Assembly (NCBI GenBank): GCA_044356455.1
Contig: JBIKWF010000030.1
Coordinates: 1 to 41,538 of the forward strand
Direction of reading: 5' to 3'
DNA: 41,538 nt
From: Bdellovibrionota bacterium
GTDB lineage: Bacteria > Bdellovibrionota_C > UBA2361 > JBGSMV01
Shown: positions 36,001 through 41,538 of the stretch, piece by piece
Numbering within the stretch: position 1 is the stretch's first letter
Layout of the letters: every line of letters begins with the position of its first letter
Made by a program: the position numbers and the translations under genes
Notes under the pieces: generated by a model
Told to the model about the DNA's origin: nothing
Seen by the model: the letters and a program-made list of their open reading frames with translations, nothing else
Database searches by the model: none

Positions 36001-38030
36001 TCGGCGGGAACGCCCGGGACCCGCACGGGGAACCTATGGAGATGCACTTCTGTGGCGCTCGGTGCCTGGCCTGGAGAGAGCGTAAGCGTCGGATGAAGTC
36101 GGCACGATCTTTCATGCAGAACCTCAAAGCCCGCATGTTCAAGCGTGGGGAGAGATTTGCTAAGGGTGATTTCTTTCCCAAGCTGGAAAATAGAAACCGA
36201 GAGCTCTTTCCCAAAGGTAGCGCCCTCACTTGCGTCGAGCCGCACGGCAAGGGGACGATTCGCGGAAAGAGTTTCAATTACCTTTGCATCCCGGGCGCCT
36301 TGCGCGGGGGAGTAGAGTGCCTGGTAGTCATCTCCAAACGCCGAAGCGTATTTCTGGTCAAAGCCCTTCCCTAAGACCGCAAGTTCATCAATCAACGAAT
36401 TTTTCCAACCTTTAGTTAACGTCACAAGCTCTCCTTCTAGAGCACGAGTATCAAGTAATCCCGCAACTGAAATGTCCACGGGACAATAAAAATAGAGTCT
36501 GCACAGCGCTTCATCAAGGCTGGTGCAATGTTGATCAATTGCGCCGAGCGGGGCTCTGAAAAGAGTGCTCAAGCGGTGCTGAAGTGAACGCCTTAGATCA
36601 GCCTCAAAATCTTCTGACGGGAGTGTCACTACTACCCATGCTCCTCGCCTGTTTGCATCCAATCGCACATGAGCTTTGCGCGAAAGGTGGCGCTCGGCTT
36701 CAAATACCATGCGGATATGGCCTTGAAGCGTTCCCTCATCGGCCGTAAGCACTTCGTGCTTTGGCATGGAATCGATTAGGTTTAACACTGCCTTATAGAG
36801 GTGAGAACTCGGCCGTAGCCCCTCCGCATCCAGCACTTTTCGCACGCGGGTTCTTACCAGAGGAACTCGTGAGGCTTCCTCGAGCAGAGCCTTTGAGGTG
36901 AGCTGCCCGATTATTGAAGTTATGTGGGTCTCTCCGCTTTCTGGGTTGTTTGAAACGATATGAATGCAGGTCAGTCTCTTGCGGTGGTGAATGGGGCTCA
37001 GAAATGCAGAGCGGGAGAGGAGCAGCTGCTTGCCTGTAGCGAGAATCCTTCTCGCATCTTCTCGTGTTTCGTAGAGTAGGGCCGTGAGCATCTGATCGGT
37101 GGTGACTCCTAAGGCGGAGTCTTCCTTGCCGGCAGAGGTGCCTTCGCTTGTTCGAAAAAGTCCTAAACGAACCTCTGGTCGTTCAGCGACCATGCCCACC
37201 GAGCTGACCGACCAGCGCGCGACGCCTTCGAACACAAAGCCCTCGTCGAGCAGCCAACTGAGTAGAGAAGCTGTCTCTTCAGATTGAGAACTCGCCTTTG
37301 CGGCAAGATCCGCGCGTAGGCTCTCGGTGACCTGAGACATTGACGAGAAGTCATTAGTTGCCGCAACAAGGCGTGGCAAGCTGAGGCGCAAATCCTCAAG
37401 AAAAGACTTGAGGGCAGAGGGCGGAGCTTCGCGAATTTCCAGATAGGATAAAGAGACCGACTCCGCGCCGATGGTAAGAATGGGGTGCAGGAACACCTCA
37501 GCATGAAGACCATGCGTTCTTAGGGTGGCGGTGATGGTGTTAATTATAAATGGGCGATCCAGTAGCGCAATAAGGACCTGAGGGCGAGCTAACAAGCGGG
37601 AAATTCGCTCGTGCTGCTGATCTCCTGGAATAAGCTGTGCCGCTGCTGTTGGCCGCTGCGGGGCTGAGCGAACAGAGGTAGGAGGCGACGGATGTGATCC
37701 GCTATCCCACCAGGATTTGAGAAAGTTAAATGCGAGGTCTGTAATGCTTGCGAGGCGCTCTGGGTTGCACTCGGTGAGCAAAGATTCGGGTGCTCGGCGA
37801 AAGAGGCGCGGGAGAAGGGCAGCTGAGTCTCCGAAGCCACTGAGAGAAGGGGATTGAGTGAGATGTGCTGAGGCATCGCGAAACCTCGCCTCGTGCTGCT
37901 GCCCGCGCACTTCTATGCTTTCAAGGGAGGTGCAAATTTCTGACACGGCGTGGTCCCGCGGCCCAGTGCTAAGGGGGTCGTCTTTTGACACCACGGAGTT
38001 GGCTTTTTGGTCTGACTGATTTGATTCCAT
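33051..38030 (-). CDS. gdhB: large NAD-specific glutamate dehydrogenase (about 180 kDa class)
   Basis: VARGGIRWSDR, QQVKNAIIVPSGAKGGF, DPYLVVAADKGTA, GDMSGDVFGNG, EGGNLG, NTDAIDNSGGVDTSDHEVNLKI; 1659 aa. Confidence 0.95.
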   Translation of the reverse strand: MESNQSDQKANSVVSKDDPLSTGPRDHAVSEICTSLESIEVRGQQHEARFRDASAHLTQSPSLSGFGDSAALLPRLFRRAPESLLTECNPERLASITDLAFNFLKSWWDSGSHPSPPTSVRSAPQRPTAAAQLIPGDQQHERISRLLARPQVLIALLDRPFIINTITATLRTHGLHAEVFLHPILTIGAESVSLSYLEIREAPPSALKSFLEDLRLSLPRLVAATNDFSSMSQVTESLRADLAAKASSQSEETASLLSWLLDEGFVFEGVARWSVSSVGMVAERPEVRLGLFRTSEGTSAGKEDSALGVTTDQMLTALLYETREDARRILATGKQLLLSRSAFLSPIHHRKRLTCIHIVSNNPESGETHITSIIGQLTSKALLEEASRVPLVRTRVRKVLDAEGLRPSSHLYKAVLNLIDSMPKHEVLTADEGTLQGHIRMVFEAERHLSRKAHVRLDANRRGAWVVVTLPSEDFEADLRRSLQHRLSTLFRAPLGAIDQHCTSLDEALCRLYFYCPVDISVAGLLDTRALEGELVTLTKGWKNSLIDELAVLGKGFDQKYASAFGDDYQALYSPAQGARDAKVIETLSANRPLAVRLDASEGATFGKELSVSIFQLGKEITLSKSLPTLEHAGFEVLHERSCRLHPTLTLSPGQAPSATEVHLHRFPVRVPGVPADAIGQVLERSSTITRGLEDVLLGASEDDALNALMVRAGLDARALSLLRSYCMLLWQVKKFATRQTIREALVSNPTLARAFWEIAQLKFDPSHSTSLEERKDLVEREVAKFREALRGITDITADRILRALILLLQHTVRTNFYQGKPVVALKIHSEQLELLSAPRPLFEIFVCAPHFEGVHLRGSRVARGGIRWSDRREDFRTEVRDLMRTQQVKNAIIVPSGAKGGFVVKDLPLERAAQAEAVKRCYQDFIRALLSLTDNRVGAAIVPPPQVIAYDEVDPYLVVAADKGTASFSDVANAIATEEYKFWLGDAFASGGSVGYDHKKLGITAKGAWEAVLQHFKEARIDYQKQPFTVVGIGDMSGDVFGNGLLLSDNMKLLGAFNHRHIFIDPSPDAKKSWVERKRLFDTPFSQWSDYRTELLSKGGAIYDRHQKEITLAPEARASLKIGSEAPAVMSGEQLITYILKAPVDLLWNGGIGTYVKSRTESDADVGDSTNDAVRVNADELRCRVVAEGGNLGFTQRSRIDFAQRGGLINTDAIDNSGGVDTSDHEVNLKILFQSSLQSGKLTRPDRDAILRELAPAVVEDVLSHNRGQAVLLMSAAKRGSKNLEYFRSLIQELSKRGYVHRTVHMLPTDEELDDRMRRGVGLFRPELAICLAGVKLWMKDELLAAGLTKDPSLREALFEYFPARLHTQFKDEILAHPLGDNIVATEIANDVVETVGLTFVHRMCISQSVEPASVLSALLAARSLLGVPALREMISVFDTFEQHGLFLDLRIEVSAALREATTWLITNHTRSARIADLIERYGKGLRSLLTQPEQALHGTLSAYFADRKPGYEQRGLTSQQAALFAAFPMMPLYFEMIRSSHTVSLPPLTAAQAYCSVLDALDLVPIFKLQRSVTTANKWEHELKLNSYDEIRRSVAELASAALASGVASPEKIQERTQKLAGAERIRTTVHAFADSVPDTAMLGVFARQLRLFATVS

Positions 38031-38343
38031 TTCTTAGCACCATCTAAGACGGCCCTGAGGTTAGCAGAAATGGGGGGCAGGGGATATCGGGAAACCAAGG
38101 TAATAGCTCAATACTTACAGCTAGTTGCGCTCCCTTTCGCACAGCTTTTTGAGTCCAAGAAAAAATTGCGCAGTCCATCGGCAGCTTCGCACCAAAACTG
38201 AACATCTTTTTGTAATATTTTTATACCAGAGTCAGATTCGCTTCCCTTAGAGACTGTGAATAACTATCGTAACCTACCGTGCTGCCATGGCTTTTTGGTG
38301 CGGAGCATGGGGCAGTCAATTAACCAACGCAAATGCGCGCCCC

Positions 38344-38358
38344 TGGAATGGAAATTGC
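38344..38358 (+). promoter_or_regulatory. sigma54 (-24/-12) promoter
   Basis: TGGAATGGAAATTGC, correct GG-N10-GC spacing, about 140 nt upstream of the enhancer-binding protein gene. Confidence 0.55.
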
Positions 38359-38497
38359 CATCTCACTGACACAGGCGCTGTAAGCATGCACGGTTCTTCG
38401 GAGCAGAAAGGTGAAATGAGTCAGGTTTGCAGTGGTTCGCTGGCAGCGCCCGTATCGGTTTGCAGGATGCAGGTTCGTTAACGCTAAGGAGAGCGCT

Positions 38498-39634
38498 ATG
38501 CAGTCAGGTTTCGCCGGTTCCGACCGTGGTAATGTGAGTGGAGTGTTGTCTGCCGGGTACCCAATCCCCAATCCCTCGGCCACTCTGAGAGACGATTCGG
38601 CTCAGAGGCTCCAGCTTCTTCGCCAAACCTCCTTTGCGGGCATGATCAGCGAATGCCGCGAAATGCAGAAGGTTTTCACCGTCGTTGAAAAAGTAGCAGC
38701 AACCAATTCTACCGTTCTTATTCTTGGAGAGAGCGGCACTGGAAAAGAACTCATCGCACGTGCGCTTCACCGCCTCAGCGGACGCAGTGGTAAGCTTGTC
38801 CCCGTAAACTGCGGCGCCATTCCTGAAGAAATCTTAGAGAGCGAGCTCTTTGGTCACGAACGTGGCGCCTTCACGGGTGCGATTGCTAACAAGATTGGCC
38901 GCTTTCAACTTGCCGACGGCGGTACCATTTTCCTCGACGAAATCGGTGAGATGAGCCCCAAGCTTCAAGTGAAGCTTCTTCGCGTGCTTCAAGAGCGCAA
39001 GATTGAACCGGTCGGTTCAACTCGGACCATTGATGTCAATGTGCGAGTGGTGGCCGCAACGAATAAAGACCTCAGAGAAGAAGTGAAAGCTGGCCGCTTT
39101 CGCGAAGATCTTTACTACCGACTGCAAGTGGTCCCCATATTCTTGCCAGCGCTCCGTGAGCGCGGTTCAGATGTGGTAGTACTGGCGCGATATTTTCTTG
39201 AACGTTCGGCCTTAGAAGTTGGCAGAGTGGGCCTTTCCTTAGCGCCTGAAGTAGAGCAGAAGCTCAGGGACTATCAGTGGCCAGGGAACGTTCGTGAGCT
39301 TGAGAATTTAATCGAGCGCCTTGCGGTGCTCTCTGACCGCGAGCTGATTTCGGTACAGGAGCTGCCTGAGTATATTCACCAGACAGCTGCGAGGCCTCTT
39401 GATGCCGCAGCCCATGCCGAGCTTCCAGTAGATGGAATTGATTTTAATGCGCTCGTCGATCAGTACGAGACACAACTCATTACCTTGGCTCTTGAGAGAA
39501 CCAGCGGGAACAAAAAGGCTGCTGCCAAACTTCTTAGGCTCAACCGCACGACGCTGGTTGAGAAGATAAAAAAGAAGGGATTGGCGGCACAGATTGAAAC
39601 ATCCATCGAGCCCGACGCGGACGCGAGCATCTAA
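38498..39634 (+). CDS. sigma54 enhancer-binding protein, FleQ/FlrA-like, without an N-terminal regulatory domain
   Basis: [42 protein letters not shown] ending [12 protein letters not shown] 38498 follows AAGGAG. Confidence 0.9.
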   Translation: MQSGFAGSDRGNVSGVLSAGYPIPNPSATLRDDSAQRLQLLRQTSFAGMISECREMQKVFTVVEKVAATNSTVLILGESGTGKELIARALHRLSGRSGKLVPVNCGAIPEEILESELFGHERGAFTGAIANKIGRFQLADGGTIFLDEIGEMSPKLQVKLLRVLQERKIEPVGSTRTIDVNVRVVAATNKDLREEVKAGRFREDLYYRLQVVPIFLPALRERGSDVVVLARYFLERSALEVGRVGLSLAPEVEQKLRDYQWPGNVRELENLIERLAVLSDRELISVQELPEYIHQTAARPLDAAAHAELPVDGIDFNALVDQYETQLITLALERTSGNKKAAAKLLRLNRTTLVEKIKKKGLAAQIETSIEPDADASI

Positions 39635-39663
39635 ACCTACCTTTCCTGGCAAGGAGGCCAGCA

Positions 39664-40614
39664 ATGAAGACTCCGCGAGAGTTCATACGTAGATTTGGAA
39701 TGTGGGCGTGCCTTGGCATGGCCCTCAGCGTTCCTTGCTACGCCCAGCATCCCCTCGAGGTACAGCGCCTGAGCGCGGAAGCAAACCACGTGCGCGCCAT
39801 GGCAACCTTTAGCGAATTGCCGGAGCGCAAAGTTACTACCGCGGCGACTGTGGCGATGGGCAATAGTGCCTGGGCTTTAGGGCTGAACACGCGTGCCGCA
39901 CAAGCGTTTGACCGAGCACTCCGCGATCCCGCTTTGGGGGCCGAAACGCGCGCGAGACTTCTGTTCTCACGTGGTTTGATAGAGTTCCAGAATAAGAATT
40001 CACAAATAGCGAGTCTCTTTGCGGAGCGCAGTTTTGCGGAACTTTCATCGCCCAGCCCCCTACGGGCACAAGTACTTGCACTTTGGGGCGAGAGTCTCAT
40101 GCAACAGAACGATCTTGGCCGTGCCTGCGAGAAACTTGGCCAGGCAAGTCGGGAAGGGGGAGAGCTCCAACTTCCCGATATCTTCTTTAGTCTTGGTTCG
40201 TGTCAGAAGAAAATGGGAGCACTTGAAGAAGCGAAAGATAGCTACGAGCATATTCCTCTCGACCATGAGAAAGCTCCCAGTGCCATTCGTGCGCTTGCGG
40301 CTCTTGCACTTGATTTGAAACGTTATCCCCAAGGTGAGTTCTGGCTCATGAAGGGGCGCGAACTCTTTCCTCAGCAGTTCCTCGACGGATGGGTGGACTA
40401 CGCACACATGACCATTTTGACCGAGCAGGATCGCGCGAGCGATGTAAGAGAACTGCTCGCGCAGGCATCCGAAAGATATCCTCAATCCGATGGGTGGTTC
40501 CAGCTGCTTCGCGCTCGAGCAGAGATCTATCTCTGGAAAGCCTCGCGCGCCCCTCCGTCTGAGCTACAGAATTCCACATCAGAAAGTATTCTTTCACCTC
40601 CGGAGGTCCCATGA
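39664..40614 (+). CDS. exported TPR-repeat protein
   Basis: RBS AAGGAGG; signal peptide ending PCYA; TPR-like helical repeats; ATGA overlap with the kinase gene. Confidence 0.8.
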   Translation: MKTPREFIRRFGMWACLGMALSVPCYAQHPLEVQRLSAEANHVRAMATFSELPERKVTTAATVAMGNSAWALGLNTRAAQAFDRALRDPALGAETRARLLFSRGLIEFQNKNSQIASLFAERSFAELSSPSPLRAQVLALWGESLMQQNDLGRACEKLGQASREGGELQLPDIFFSLGSCQKKMGALEEAKDSYEHIPLDHEKAPSAIRALAALALDLKRYPQGEFWLMKGRELFPQQFLDGWVDYAHMTILTEQDRASDVRELLAQASERYPQSDGWFQLLRARAEIYLWKASRAPPSELQNSTSESILSPPEVP

Positions 40615-41534
40615 GCGCTCCTGCCCGCAGCTATGTTCAAGATCTCGGGAGTGCTGATGGTATGGCGCCCGGAGTGCCGCCTCAGGAACTCATGGAAGCC
40701 TTCCAGCGTTTCTCGTCAGCGAGTCAGCGACTCGAGCAGAAATATGAAGTTCTGCGAAGAGAAAGCGAGGAGCTCAAGCTCCGTCTTCGCCAGAAAGACG
40801 AGGAGATAAATCGAAGTGCGCGTCTAGCAATTCTGGGCGAAACAGCTGCTGCCCTGGCCCACGAAGTGCGAAACCCCATTGGAGCGCTAAGAATTTTTCT
40901 TTCACTACTGAAGGGTGATGTGGCGGATCGTCCCCAGGCAGCCGAAATGGTGAGTCATATGGATAGGACCATTTCTTCCCTAAATCACGTCGTTGAGAAC
41001 ATCCTTCATTTCGCTAAGGACGGAGCAGAAACGGTAGCACCGGTCAACCTGCACGCGCTCCTCCAGGAACAAGCAGCAGTCGTGAAGGCAGATCCACGTG
41101 GCAATTTAGCCATATCATTCATTCTTGAGGGAGATCCTTTTATTCTCGGCAATGAACACTCGCTGCGACATGTTTTCTCAAATCTCTTGCTAAATGCAGC
41201 GCAGGCTCTCAAATGGTCTGGGAAAACCGAGATTTCGTGTCGCCCAACCACTGATTCTTCCGTGCTAGTAACCATTGCCGACAATGGGCCGGGCGTGCCC
41301 ACCGCTCTTCTTCCCAGACTTTTCGAGCCCTTTGTCACAGGCAAAAACGAAGGGACAGGACTCGGGCTCTCGGTTGCAAGAAAGATGCTCTTGCAGCAAG
41401 GGGCCTCAATTTCAATTCGCAATCGCGAAGCACCCGAGCATGGCGCCGTGGTGAGCATTCATTTTGAAAGAAGTGGCAAATCTGCCAACGGGGCGGAGTG
41501 CAAAACAAGTTGCAGTGAGGAGACTGTGTCATGA
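40611..41534 (+). CDS. FlgS/FleS/FlrB-like soluble histidine kinase
   Basis: LMEAFQRFSSASQRLEQKYEVL coiled coil, LAHEVRNP, NLLLNAAQA, DNGPG, FEPFVT, GTGLGL; no PAS or TM segment. Confidence 0.88.
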   Translation: MSAPARSYVQDLGSADGMAPGVPPQELMEAFQRFSSASQRLEQKYEVLRRESEELKLRLRQKDEEINRSARLAILGETAAALAHEVRNPIGALRIFLSLLKGDVADRPQAAEMVSHMDRTISSLNHVVENILHFAKDGAETVAPVNLHALLQEQAAVVKADPRGNLAISFILEGDPFILGNEHSLRHVFSNLLLNAAQALKWSGKTEISCRPTTDSSVLVTIADNGPGVPTALLPRLFEPFVTGKNEGTGLGLSVARKMLLQQGASISIRNREAPEHGAVVSIHFERSGKSANGAECKTSCSEETVS

Positions 41535-41538
41535 CGAA
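41531..41538 (+). CDS. 5' end of the next coupled gene, probably the cognate response regulator (truncated by the window)
   Basis: GAGGAG followed by an ATG overlapping the kinase stop (ATGA); identity inferred from synteny only. Confidence 0.4.

Noticed and set aside
38174..38200. sigma28-like TCAG-N15-GCCGATGG on the minus strand toward gdh
   Set aside because: Both boxes are imperfect and the target is unexpected; chance cannot be excluded.
38314..38327. FleQ-box-like GTCAATTAACCAAC
   Set aside because: Only one half-site matches, and it is too close to the -24 element to act as an enhancer.
664..41532. Many 60-240 aa antisense or alternate-frame ORFs nested in the long genes (e.g. 9077..9664, 21631..22158, 30732..31463)
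   Set aside because: Shadow ORFs of well-supported genes with no motifs of their own.

Overview
A 41.5 kb stretch of bacterial chromosome with moderately high GC. The gene content (FleQ/FlrA-TPR-FlgS order, large NAD-GDH, MlaA, MurJ) points to a Gram-negative deltaproteobacterial or Bdellovibrionota-like lineage; that placement is inferred. I found no rRNA, tRNA, CRISPR array or transposase. In order, the window carries: a GT87 glycosyltransferase; two hypotheticals; a small protein with a possible tandem Whirly/PUR-like fold behind a sigma70 promoter and terminator-bearing leader; a NahK-like kinase; a complete olefin cluster oleA-oleBC(fused)-oleD; a Crp/Fnr regulator bracketed by a near-identical 21-nt palindrome; a DUF4124-like exported protein; murJ; a stand-alone CBM48 protein; an orphan GspE/PilB ATPase fused to a C-terminal receiver domain; a divergent UPRTase-like PRTase; a Thr/Pro-rich exported pseudo-receiver protein next to mlaA; a ~1700-aa triple-GT4 plus TPR glycosyltransferase with a CgeB-like partner; a gdh-hybrid kinase-MFS run on the minus strand; and the start of a flagellar regulatory operon. 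Intergenic DNA holds at least two full copies and one partial copy of a MITE/REP-like palindrome with 9-nt periodicity. The best candidates for something undescribed are the Whirly/PUR-like gene with its leader, the PilB-REC fusion, the exported pseudo-receiver protein and the triple-GT4/TPR enzyme. All assignments come from motif reading by eye; no searches were run.
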